Part shown: piece by piece, positions 9,237 to 18,864 of the stretch
How positions within the stretch are numbered: position 1 is the first letter of the stretch
Layout: every line of letters begins with the position of its first letter
Assembly (NCBI GenBank): GCA_965214095.1
Contig: OZ243938.1
Span: 2,368,001-2,432,000, forward strand
Source of the DNA: Candidatus Poribacteria bacterium
Lineage (GTDB): Bacteria > Poribacteria > WGA-4E > WGA-3G
Reading direction: 5' to 3'
Length of the DNA stretch: 64,000 nucleotides
Notes under the pieces: model-generated
Seen by the model: only the letters and a program-made list of their open reading frames with translations
Told to the model about the DNA's origin: nothing
The model's database searches: none
Translations under genes and position numbers: made by a program

Positions 9237-12200
9237 ATGCTATCCCGTTCACCACATTCAATCACACATATAACATGTCTTATAATAGTGCTCTTTCATG
9301 GTGCTGTCCTTAGTGCAACTTCCCAAGAAACAGATATTGACAGGACTATCAAGGATGCGATTCATCACCAGAATTTGGGTTTAGCGTATCTTGAAGAATC
9401 GCAACCTACAAAAGCTACCACAGAATTTTCAACACTCGTTGAATTACTCCCTGATGAAGCGATAGGCTATGGTAATCTTGCTGTTGCGCATTTACGGTTG
9501 CAGCAGAACGACCTTGCTGAGGAATGGATTAAACGTGGTATTGCTGCCGTCCCAATGGATAGCCAATTGCATTTTATCTTGTCTGAAGTCTATCAGGTAA
9601 AAGGGGAGAGTGAGAAGGCGATAGATGCATTAAAAGAAGCAGTGCGTTTATCCCCAGATGAATTGGAATTTCGTTACAAACTTACACGATATTACCTTGG
9701 ACAGCGAAAGGTTCCAGATGCTCAACGTGAGGCAGTTCGCCACTTACAGGAATTATACGCGCGTTCTCCTGTTAACGTGGTTGTCTTAATGAAGTTAGCA
9801 CAAGCACTCATCGGACAGGAACGACTTGAAGATGCTGAAAAACACTGTCAGGAGTTGCTGATTTTGTTGGGAGACACAGATGCTGAAAAATTAGCTTTGC
9901 TTACAAAGGGAATAGAAGCCATAAAAGCAGGAAATCAAAATGATGCATCACGGAATATCCGTTTTTTTGAGAACGTGCATCGGGCAAGTCCGCGCTATCA
10001 ACAGGGTATCGGTGAATTAGTGACTGACATCCTCGGACACCCGATAGAGACATTTTGTCCAGGTTTCAAAGCGCGACTCACTGCAAGAAAGAGTCCGCCT
10101 ATCAAAGTGGAATTTGTTGATGTCACAGAAAAACTTGGTCTCGTCAGCCTTCAAAGAGATAGGATAGATCGCGCATCCATTTCACTACTTGATTACGACA
10201 ACGATGGCAACTTAGATATCTATTCAACATCAACTGGGTTACTCCGTAATGATGATGGAAAGTTCCTTCTCGCCCCATACTTTCAAGACTTCGTGGTTCA
10301 ACCCCCATTAAACCTGCCAATCCACACTTACACTGATCTGGATAAAGATGGCACACAAGAAATCCTATTGCAAACCCAAAGTGGTATAACATTGCTGCGC
10401 AGGGATTCAGAGGAAAAATGGGGTGCAGCTCCCATCATTTGGCATCAGCAGGAAACTGGCAATACCGGTGTTCTTCTCCCCATTGACTATGATCATGATG
10501 GAGACCTTGACCTCTTTTCTGGACGATCTGGTGTCCAAATGTATCGGTATAATGGGAATGAGACTTTTATTGATGTGAGTGATAAGACCTTTGTAACTGA
10601 AGATAAAGAGAATGAATCGAAGACGCAGCAATCCTTATCAGAGGCTTTCGCTGCAGATTTTGATGACGATGGTGATATTGATATATTTACAATACATTCC
10701 GAAATAGGGTGCACACTATATGATAACCTTCGTCAAGGCAAACTCCGTGCTATTACTGACAAAACGGGAATCTCACAAGAGGCACATTATACATCAGTTG
10801 CTATAGGGGACTATGACAACGATGGTGATATTGACCTGTTTTTGGCATCTACGAAAGGGACACATCTCTATCGCAATCGAGGTGATGCGACTTTTGTTGC
10901 TGATATGCGTTCAAAACAGACTTTTGAAAAACATAACGACCAATCAACTAAACTAAAAAGTCTTGATTACGATAATGATGGATTTCTTGATTTATGGATA
11001 ATTAGCAAGCAAGGGTTATTTCTCTATAGGAATGATGGAACAAGCATGTTCACCGAAGCAAGTTCTATCAAAAATACGACCATACCCATGGAAAAAGGCA
11101 TCGCCGGTGCTGTCGGGGATTATGACAATGATGGAGATTTAGACCTATTCTATATCAACGATAAAGGACAACTTCGCGCACTTCAAAACAACGGTGGAAA
11201 CCAACATAACTGGATTCAGGTGAAATTGGAAGGCATCACTACTGGGAATAACAAAGTAAATAGAGATGGCTTCGGTTCAAAACTTGAGGTGAAGGTAAGC
11301 GATTTATATCAACTGCAATATGCTTCACAGCAGACAGCACATTTCGGTTTGGGTACTTATGACGCAGCAGATGTTGTGCGTGTTGTGTGGACAAACGGAG
11401 TGCCGCAGAACGTCATCGAACCGAAGGCAAAGCAACGGATTTCGGAGAAACAGATATTAAAAGGGTCATGTCCTTTCCTGTATGTGTATGATGGGGAGAA
11501 ATACGAATTCGTTACAGATCTACTCTGGCGTGCTCCGTTGGGACTCATCACCTCTATGGGGTTTGTCGCACCTGACGAAACAAGGGATTTTATTAAAATA
11601 TCGTCTTCTCAAATCCAACCGAAATCTGGTAAGTATTCTATTCAGATTACAGAGGAATTGTGGGAAACTGCCTATTTTGATATGGTCAAGTTGATTGCAG
11701 TTGACCATCCTGCTGATACGGACATTTATGTAAACGAACAATACACTCCACCTCCATTTGCTGAATTCAAGATATACGGAGTTTCAGACAGATTATTTCC
11801 GATATCTGCCATAGACCATCTTGGTAATGATGTTTCTGATGCTCTAAAGAAATCCGATTATCGTTATGCAGTTGAACACGCGCCAGGTCCTTACCAAGGC
11901 GTTGTTGAACCACATGCAATCATCCTTGATCTCGGTGATGTAGCCGATGATGTTCCAGTTACACTCTATCTCAATGGTTGGATCTTCCCAACGGATACCA
12001 GCATCAATGTTGCCTTGTCTCAAAATCAAAGAATAAATCCCGGTTTTCCTTCGGTTGCTGTGAAGGACGAAAATGGTCAGTGGAAAACCGTGATTGATAT
12101 GATCGGTATTCCTGCAGGAAAAAATAAGACTATCACAGTTGATCTGACAGGTAAATTCTTGTCAAATGATCGGCATGTTCGGATTGAAACAGATATGCAG

Positions 12201-12743
12201 ATATACTGGGATGCAGCATTTTTCACAGTAGGTGCACAAAACGTTCCGATGATAACCACAGAATTGAATCCTGACAGTGCGGACCTACACTACAGAGGTT
12301 TTTCAGAAATGTATCGTCCAAACCCGCACGCACCGCATCTATTCGACTACCAAAAGGTCACAAAAGCCGCACAGTGGCGCGATCTTGAGGGGTTTTACAC
12401 TCGCTACGGTGACGTGAATCCACTATTGCAGGAAGTTGATGATATGTATGTTATCCTCAATGCAGGAGATGAAATTACAGTTGAATTTGACGCATCGCGT
12501 CTACCTGCTCTAAAAGACGGTTGGACACGGGATTTCATTTTATACAGTGATGGATGGGATAAAGACGGAGATATAAACACCCTAACATCGCAGACGGTTG
12601 AACCGTTACCGTTTCACGGCATGTCAAAATACCCATACCCAAATACTGAACATTATCCGAATGACGAAGCACATCAACGTTATCGTCTTGAATACAATAC
12701 ACGCCGCGTGACACACCGTTTGCCACTATTACCTCAAAAGTGA
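9237..12743 (+). CDS. Secreted TPR + FG-GAP/ASPIC-UnbV (CRTAC1-like) protein with extra C-terminal domain
   Basis: N-terminal TPRs, many DYDNDGDxD motifs, HFGLG UnbV motif, GSCPFLY...GWDKDGD domain. Confidence 0.85.
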   Translation: MLSRSPHSITHITCLIIVLFHGAVLSATSQETDIDRTIKDAIHHQNLGLAYLEESQPTKATTEFSTLVELLPDEAIGYGNLAVAHLRLQQNDLAEEWIKRGIAAVPMDSQLHFILSEVYQVKGESEKAIDALKEAVRLSPDELEFRYKLTRYYLGQRKVPDAQREAVRHLQELYARSPVNVVVLMKLAQALIGQERLEDAEKHCQELLILLGDTDAEKLALLTKGIEAIKAGNQNDASRNIRFFENVHRASPRYQQGIGELVTDILGHPIETFCPGFKARLTARKSPPIKVEFVDVTEKLGLVSLQRDRIDRASISLLDYDNDGNLDIYSTSTGLLRNDDGKFLLAPYFQDFVVQPPLNLPIHTYTDLDKDGTQEILLQTQSGITLLRRDSEEKWGAAPIIWHQQETGNTGVLLPIDYDHDGDLDLFSGRSGVQMYRYNGNETFIDVSDKTFVTEDKENESKTQQSLSEAFAADFDDDGDIDIFTIHSEIGCTLYDNLRQGKLRAITDKTGISQEAHYTSVAIGDYDNDGDIDLFLASTKGTHLYRNRGDATFVADMRSKQTFEKHNDQSTKLKSLDYDNDGFLDLWIISKQGLFLYRNDGTSMFTEASSIKNTTIPMEKGIAGAVGDYDNDGDLDLFYINDKGQLRALQNNGGNQHNWIQVKLEGITTGNNKVNRDGFGSKLEVKVSDLYQLQYASQQTAHFGLGTYDAADVVRVVWTNGVPQNVIEPKAKQRISEKQILKGSCPFLYVYDGEKYEFVTDLLWRAPLGLITSMGFVAPDETRDFIKISSSQIQPKSGKYSIQITEELWETAYFDMVKLIAVDHPADTDIYVNEQYTPPPFAEFKIYGVSDRLFPISAIDHLGNDVSDALKKSDYRYAVEHAPGPYQGVVEPHAIILDLGDVADDVPVTLYLNGWIFPTDTSINVALSQNQRINPGFPSVAVKDENGQWKTVIDMIGIPAGKNKTITVDLTGKFLSNDRHVRIETDMQIYWDAAFFTVGAQNVPMITTELNPDSADLHYRGFSEMYRPNPHAPHLFDYQKVTKAAQWRDLEGFYTRYGDVNPLLQEVDDMYVILNAGDEITVEFDASRLPALKDGWTRDFILYSDGWDKDGDINTLTSQTVEPLPFHGMSKYPYPNTEHYPNDEAHQRYRLEYNTRRVTHRLPLLPQK

Positions 12744-12754
12744 AATATTTTCAC

Positions 12755-13981
12755 CTACGAATTCGTTTCAACTCGCAGTAAAGGAACATATAAACAAACA
12801 GTGGCGATTATCAGAATCACAGCCAAAACGGCATAAGAATATGCATTATTACTATATAACCAACCGTTGAAGAACCCGTTAAAGAACGATTTGACGACTG
12901 TCGGATGTGTTGATTTTTCATACAACCAACCCCCAAGAAGTGGACCTAAGATTCGTCCTAAACTTAAAAACGCATCCATAATTCCAATCGCCGCACCTTG
13001 TCCAATCCGTGTCTGCTTAGAAATCCAAGATGTGTTCGTTGGACGTATGAGTTGGTTGCCGATGCCAGTAATTGTGAGATAAACTGTTAACGTAGCGAAG
13101 TTTATAGCGTATAGCAAAAGCACCATACCGAGAGCGTTAAGCAGTAAGCCTGCCATAATTATCCATCTTTCACCTATCCAGTTGATCAACCTTCCGAGCA
13201 ATCCACCTTGTATCGGAACGACAATCGCACCCATGATCATAAACATCCATCCCATCTCTCTCTGGTCATAACCCCATTTATCTTCAATGAATAGTGGAAA
13301 TGTCGTTTCCAAACCAGCGAAACTTAAGTTGGTAAAGAACGCTACAAGGAATAAAGGGATAAGCGGTGATTTCAATGTTGGCTTACGGAAAATCTCGTGT
13401 GGTGATATCCATTCGTGTCCTTCAGCAATGGCATCTTCCTGAAGCGACTCCGGGAGTATTGAAAGAACAAATAGAAAAGTCAAAAATGATAACCCACCAG
13501 CAACAAAGAAGGGCATATCATGGCTTCCCATCACGCCGCCAATGCCTGGACCAAGGATAAATCCAAGTCCCATTGCTGCACCCATCAGTCCCATGCCTTT
13601 ACCGCGTTCCTCTGATGTGGTTACATCAGCAACATAAGCCATTACACTCGGTAACACCGCAGCAGAAGCGATACCTGCTGCACTGCGTGCCATGAATAAC
13701 CAGATATACTCATTTGCTAATCCAAAAGCAGCTAACGCAACAGCGTTCCCAAGTAAACCGAACATAATTGCCGGTTTCCTGCCGTATTTGTCTGACAACC
13801 TACCCCAAATCGGCGCGAACAGCAGTTGCATTCCAGAATAGATAGATAATAATAATGCGATTTCGGTTGGGGTTGCTCCTATTTCCTTTGCGTAATAAGC
13901 AAGGTTTGGAATTATGATGCCAAACCCAAGCATTACAAAAAATAGGGTTAGAAACAGGAGAAGAAGTTTGGATTTTTGCAT
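12755..13981 (-). CDS. MFS transporter, TetA/DHA1-like
   Basis: GRLSDKYGRKP motif A and GLGFILGPGIGG antiporter motif. Confidence 0.9.
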   Translation of the reverse strand: MQKSKLLLLFLTLFFVMLGFGIIIPNLAYYAKEIGATPTEIALLLSIYSGMQLLFAPIWGRLSDKYGRKPAIMFGLLGNAVALAAFGLANEYIWLFMARSAAGIASAAVLPSVMAYVADVTTSEERGKGMGLMGAAMGLGFILGPGIGGVMGSHDMPFFVAGGLSFLTFLFVLSILPESLQEDAIAEGHEWISPHEIFRKPTLKSPLIPLFLVAFFTNLSFAGLETTFPLFIEDKWGYDQREMGWMFMIMGAIVVPIQGGLLGRLINWIGERWIIMAGLLLNALGMVLLLYAINFATLTVYLTITGIGNQLIRPTNTSWISKQTRIGQGAAIGIMDAFLSLGRILGPLLGGWLYEKSTHPTVVKSFFNGFFNGWLYSNNAYSYAVLAVILIIATVCLYVPLLRVETNS

Positions 13982-14043
13982 TCGTAGGTTCTATAGGTAG
14001 ATTCTGCACATTTAGGATTACCGCAAATTGTGCAGTATCAACT

Positions 14044-14072
14044 ATTATACATGTGCTTAAGGGGTATGTCAA
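14044..14072 (-). promoter_or_regulatory. Consensus sigma70 promoter of the MFS gene
   Basis: Minus strand TTGACA-17 bp-TATAAT with TG extension. Confidence 0.75.
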
Positions 14073-14110
14073 TATTAAACGAAAATCCGAAGAAGGAATT
14101 CAACCATGAT

Positions 14111-14139
14111 TTGCAATTTCAACCAATATATGATAGAAT
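14111..14139 (+). promoter_or_regulatory. Putative sigma70 promoter of the M50 peptidase gene
   Basis: TTGCAA-17 bp-TAGAAT with TG extension. Confidence 0.55.
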
Positions 14140-14176
14140 AGGTCTATAATCTAAACATCTTATTTTTTAGAAATAA

Positions 14177-14288
14177 TACCATTTCTAATAGAAAACGCCG
14201 CATTTGTGTAGCACAAACTGCCAGCTTGTGCAGTCGTTCAAGACATTCTTAACAAATGTTAATGGGATAAACATTTATAGAAATGGTA
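14177..14288. mobile_element. 112-bp MITE flanked by TAA/TAA
   Basis: Perfect 11-bp TIR TACCATTTCTA; near-identical copy at 30478-30589. Confidence 0.88.
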
Positions 14289-14306
14289 TAACAACAAGGT
14301 TAGCTC

Positions 14307-15014
14307 ATGACATTTTTCAAGAGATATATTGCCCTAATATTGATTTTTATCGTGATTTCGTTCTTGTGGGGAACTTTGGTGTTGTACCCGCTCAAGATAT
14401 TCGTTGTATTTATGCATGAGGTGAGTCACGGACTTGCTGCATACCTAACGGGAGGCAGTATCGTTGAGATTGAGATAAATCCGCAACAGGGTGGACACGC
14501 GCTAACGAAGGGTGGTAACAGATTTATGATACTGACTGCGGGTTATCTTGGTAGCCTGATATGGGGCGGTATTATCTTGCTAATGGCAGCAAGAACCCAT
14601 TTTGATAAAGCCATTAGTGTGTTAATTGGTATCGGTATGGTAGGGATTACTATCGGCTTTGGCTCGGATATGTTTACCTATCTTTTTGGTGTCGGTTTTG
14701 GCGTAGTGCTTATTGCTTTTGGTTTATTTCTGCCAGAGGTTGCAAATGATTGGATATTACGCGTGATCGGTATTACAAGTTGCCTCTATGCTATCCTTGA
14801 CATTAAGAGTGATATTCTGGATCGGTCACATTTACTTTCTGATGCGCGGATGCTTGCAGAACTGACAAAACTTCCAACACTGTTTTGGGGTATAGTGTGG
14901 ATTGTCATTGCTATCGGACTGACTATATGGTTCCTCTACATAGCAGGAAAATCGACCGATTCGCCTGAAGTAGAATCTGAAGAAGTAAGTTCAGTTACCG
15001 AGCGGCCTTTATAG
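14307..15014 (+). CDS. M50B-like membrane metallopeptidase
   Basis: HEVSH, AGYLG and SDA motifs; multiple TM segments. Confidence 0.85.
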   Translation: MTFFKRYIALILIFIVISFLWGTLVLYPLKIFVVFMHEVSHGLAAYLTGGSIVEIEINPQQGGHALTKGGNRFMILTAGYLGSLIWGGIILLMAARTHFDKAISVLIGIGMVGITIGFGSDMFTYLFGVGFGVVLIAFGLFLPEVANDWILRVIGITSCLYAILDIKSDILDRSHLLSDARMLAELTKLPTLFWGIVWIVIAIGLTIWFLYIAGKSTDSPEVESEEVSSVTERPL

Positions 15015-15125
15015 CGATCACAACTTGTATCAGTTCACGGGGTTATTGATATCCTGTTTACAAGAATGGGTCCAGAAACCCATCCTACAATGAATATAAG
15101 ACCAAGAATCAATGGCAAATAAATA

Positions 15126-15926
15126 CTAATATGACTTAATCACACCCCATCTGGTTGCTAATTTGTCCTGTGGATCAATGCCAAGGGCACTTTTTAATCC
15201 GACATTCCGAATGGAATTAATCTGCTGTAAACTCAAATCCACATTAAAGATAGCAACTTCATCCATTGAACCGTGCATAAAAGTGTGGTTAGCCAACCTT
15301 GCCCCTATATTGACTGCTTGGGTGTCAATATTGGTGTCCATCGCAAATTCGGTTCCCTCTTTTGCCTGAAGTTTACCATCTACATAGAGATCGTGGTCTT
15401 TCACTTGATCTGACCCTTTTGGAAATACCACAGCACAATGATGCCATTCACCATCACATACATTGTCTGTTCCGAAATTGTTACCACCGTTGACTTCAAC
15501 ACGCAAATTGCATGCATTACCTCGGACATGCGACCGGATGTAGTATTTTTGAGTAGAAACGTTCACTCCTCACTTAACCCAAGAATGGTCGCGAACTACA
15601 TCAGATTTAAACCAGAAGACCGTCGTTCTTGGGTCTGTACCACCAATGCCGTTATATCCTGTAACAATGAGATTATCATCGTTACCATCATATTCTAACG
15701 CTTTTCCGAACATACCATCAACCCTTTTCGCACCAGTGATTTCACCATGTCGTCCATTCCCAGAAATATCTTTAGCAACGTTACCATCATTTTCGTCTAA
15801 TAGGTAAGCCACCTCAACGGTACCCGCATCAATCGTTGCTGCAAAACTGATATAGGGAATTAACAGTGTAAAAACGATAGAACTCAGTAGGGTGATTTTC
15901 ATCGTATTCTGACTTCTGAATTTCAT
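15126..15926 (-). pseudogene. LamG/concanavalin-like secreted protein interrupted by an in-frame TGA at 15570-15572
   Basis: Two ORFs in the same frame (HSWVK*GVNV); GGAGG SD before the ATG at 15926; FGKALEYDG, WHH, DEVAIF motifs and C-terminal KLATRWG. Confidence 0.8.
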
Positions 15927-16107
15927 TTTCCCTCCAACGTTAATATTCAAGGATATAGTTTTTGTGATCAATAATTGTTGAAACTACTAACAAGGCAGTT
16001 TAGCAGAATAACTTTGAATAAACAATAGAAATATTGACAACAGTAGATTGACAAAACACTAAGGTAGCAATAAGACGCTGTTTCAAATTCTCAATTATCT
16101 GCTTCGC

Positions 16108-16329
16108 TTAATTCGATGCTTCAGCAAGAACTTTTTCATACTCATACGTCCAATCAACTACCTTATACCCACAGTTGCTATAGAAGAGCAGTGCGCGGTA
16201 ATTTTCCCAGTTAGTACTAATCGCTGCATGTTGATATCCAACATTATGCATCTCTTGAAGTGTGTAATTCAGTAGATAACGTCCTAATCCCTGTCCTTGA
16301 AACTCCTCTTCAATGCCTAACCATACAGT
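16108..16329 (-). pseudogene. C-terminal fragment of a GNAT acetyltransferase split by IS200/IS605
   Basis: Manual translation TVWLGIEEEFQGQGLGRYLL...ALLFYSNCGY...ASN* (acetyl-CoA motif A); rejoins 18151-18845 in frame. Confidence 0.88.
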
Positions 16330-16334
16330 TTCAA

Positions 16335-17597
16335 CTACCCAAGCCTAAAGGCCTTTGGATTGTTAAGAGGTTCAAACAGCGATAACTGAATGATTTTCTT
16401 CTCCATAGCCTTTGTTGCTTCGTTCTTGTTTCTCGTTTCATAGAGGGTGGTAACCCACCGCTCTCCACGACGGGCAGCAGCTGCCCGAAAAAGTATGTTT
16501 ACTGCAGCGTTGTGGTCTCGGTCAAGCGAGTGTCCACAATATCCGCAGTTGAATGTCCGCACCGATAGCGATAACTTTTTCGGTGCTTTCTGTCCGCAGC
16601 AAGAGCAAGTTTGCGAGGTGTTCTTCGGATCAACTTGGTGGAAATGGAAACCGTCTCTTTCGGCTATGTTCCCACACCACTCAAAGAAGTGTGCCCAAGA
16701 CGCATCGCTGATACTCTTGCTGAGGTGTTTGTTCTGAACCATATTGGCAGTATTTAGATTTTCGGTTACCAAGACATTATTTTTCTTATGATGGTAGAGT
16801 TTGTAAACAAGTTTACCGATAAAGTCTCTGCGTCTGTTTACAGTGCGCTCCTGATGTAAAGCGAGTTTGTGTTGTTGTTTCTTTCTACGGTGAGACCCTA
16901 ACTTTTTACGAGAAAGGTCTTTAGCGTGCTTGCGGAGTAATCCCTCCGCTTTGCGATACCAACGCGGGTTGTCAACTTTTTCACCCGCAGATGTCGTCAA
17001 ATAGTGGTTCGTGCCGACATCAACGGCAACAGCACGGGTCGGTTCCACTTTCGGCGTATCACCGATGTCGCAGGAGATATGTGCATACCACCCGGATGCT
17101 TTTTTCACGATAGTAACCTCTTTCGGATCACCTTGGATGGGACGGGACATTCGCATCTTGATTTCACCGAGTTTGGGCACAATCAGTCTATCTAAACGAT
17201 GCTTCGTTGGACGAATAGGATTTTGACGAATGCCTGCTTTGTTCTTACGTAGACTCCAGGTGAGAGAACGGATACGTTTGCGATAGCGTGGGAATCCCGG
17301 TTTTTCACCGCCTTGTTTGACACGACGGAAAAAGTTCGCAAAAGCTTTGTTCACACGTTGAAGTGCGTGTTTCTGAAACTCTTGCGGCACAATGTCGAAG
17401 TCTTCATACTTTGCACGTGCTTGTGTCAGAAGTCGACACTGTTCAGCATAACTTACAGAACGTTTCTCTTCTTCATACGCACGCATACGATTCAGTCGCG
17501 CTGAGTTGTGTAACTCACATAAATGCGAAAGATATTGATATAGCTCCGTTTCTTGCGTAGGTGTCGGATACAAGCGGTATTTGAACGTTAAAACCAT
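16335..17597 (-). CDS. tnpB: RNA-guided endonuclease TnpB
   Basis: FKYRLYP N-terminus; RuvC motifs VAVDVG, VTENL and DRDHNAA; CSCC...CGYC zinc finger. Confidence 0.95.
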   Translation of the reverse strand: MVLTFKYRLYPTPTQETELYQYLSHLCELHNSARLNRMRAYEEEKRSVSYAEQCRLLTQARAKYEDFDIVPQEFQKHALQRVNKAFANFFRRVKQGGEKPGFPRYRKRIRSLTWSLRKNKAGIRQNPIRPTKHRLDRLIVPKLGEIKMRMSRPIQGDPKEVTIVKKASGWYAHISCDIGDTPKVEPTRAVAVDVGTNHYLTTSAGEKVDNPRWYRKAEGLLRKHAKDLSRKKLGSHRRKKQQHKLALHQERTVNRRRDFIGKLVYKLYHHKKNNVLVTENLNTANMVQNKHLSKSISDASWAHFFEWCGNIAERDGFHFHQVDPKNTSQTCSCCGQKAPKKLSLSVRTFNCGYCGHSLDRDHNAAVNILFRAAAARRGERWVTTLYETRNKNEATKAMEKKIIQLSLFEPLNNPKAFRLG

Positions 17598-18013
17598 TAT
17601 TTACCTCGCTGGTTCTCTACATACTTGCGAAGCACTTCTAAAGTGATACCCCCTGTGGAGGCGATAAATTTAGAACGCGTCCAAAGCGAGGGAATACGAG
17701 ATTTCAGAGAGGGATACTCATCACGCAACACACGAGAAGTCCAACCTTTGATCCTGCCAACGACAGATGCAGGAGCGAGTTGGGGACTGCTACTCATCAG
17801 AATATGAACATAGTCATCCATCACTTCACAGGCGTGCACTTCATACCCATAAACCTCTTGTTGTTCATAGATCAGTGTTTTGAGCCGTTCAGCAATAGGA
17901 GAGACAAGCACAGGACGACGATATTTTGTGCACCAAATCACATGGTAATCACAACTATAGACTAAAGAATGAGTTGATTTATAGGTAGAGGGTTTTTCTT
18001 TAATTTCTAACAT
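17597..18013 (-). CDS. tnpA: IS200-type Y1 transposase, HUH motif altered to DYVH
   Basis: YHVIWCTKYR, KGWTSR, LWTRS and KYVENQ motifs. Confidence 0.92.
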   Translation of the reverse strand: MLEIKEKPSTYKSTHSLVYSCDYHVIWCTKYRRPVLVSPIAERLKTLIYEQQEVYGYEVHACEVMDDYVHILMSSSPQLAPASVVGRIKGWTSRVLRDEYPSLKSRIPSLWTRSKFIASTGGITLEVLRKYVENQRGK

Positions 18014-18150
18014 GTTATCTATTTATTTATTAGATATATGTTATATATAATAACATATATTTAGTTAATAGTCAAACATATTTGGGCTAAAGCAAAGAAA
18101 AGTCCTCATATCCCAAGTCTAAAGACTTGGGCTTCAAGGACTATGAGAGG

Positions 18151-18845
18151 TGAAGCCAATCTTGCGCATCGGGATGACTTGAAAACTCACCACACGAAAG
18201 CGTATCACACTCCCCAACCTTATTATTATCAAGGTAAACGTCAATATGTATGTTTGGACGTTGACCTTGTCCATCTTTCCATTCTACATTTAGTGTTATG
18301 GGAATTGGTGCTTTCATCGGCGTAACTTCATAGTTTTCCCAATCCAAAAACACCTCGCCATCAGACCTTCTGTAACCGTTATATCCTAACAATCCCTGAA
18401 CATGATCAAGCGCATCCGAAAGATATGCATGTTCAAAATGAAAGAATCGATATCGATCATTTTGTGAAAAAGCAAAGATACGAGATACATTACATGTCTT
18501 GAAGTATTCCTCAACCTTTTCAAGTACAGCTTGGCCAGCGTTTCTCTCACCACGTTCATAACCCAAGAACCGAATAAAACCGACATCCTCTTCCTCATTT
18601 TCTGCCTTTAGACTCAGAACGGTGTGAACATAGGCTTTAATTGTGTCGTTAGACCTCGCTATGAATACTCTTTCAACGTTATGTTCTTCTCCACCTCTAC
18701 GATATTCACCAGTGACAACACTGTTCATAGCAAGTGCAAATTCATCCTCCTTGACAGGATAACAGTGCGGTACATCAGATGTCAGTTCATTATAGAATTC
18801 CGTCAAGGAGGATAGCAAATCAGGTGTATATTCCAAAATTTCCAT
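18151..18845 (-). pseudogene. N-terminal part of GNAT acetyltransferase truncated by the IS
   Basis: ORF runs into the IS left end after QDWL; C-terminal part found at 16108-16329. Confidence 0.85.
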
Positions 18846-18864
18846 CTATTATTTCAATCCTCTC

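Larger units (their letters stand above)
16330..18150 (-). mobile_element. IS200/IS605 family element (tnpA-tnpB)
   Basis: Left-end hairpin CCCAAGTCTAAAGACTTGGG at 18112-18131; right-end hairpin CCAAGCCTAAAGGCCTTTGG at about 16339-16358; no TSD; ends within 1 nt from restoring the host frame. Confidence 0.92.

Noticed and set aside
14204-14419. Similar small ORFs at 14204 and 30529 (QSFKTFLTNVNGINIYRNGI)
   Set aside because: Similarity is due to the shared 112-bp MITE; frames run into unrelated sequence.
15570-15600. Selenocysteine codon or genetic code reassignment
   Set aside because: Context fits Trp rather than Cys, only a weak hairpin follows, and TGA ends other genes here.
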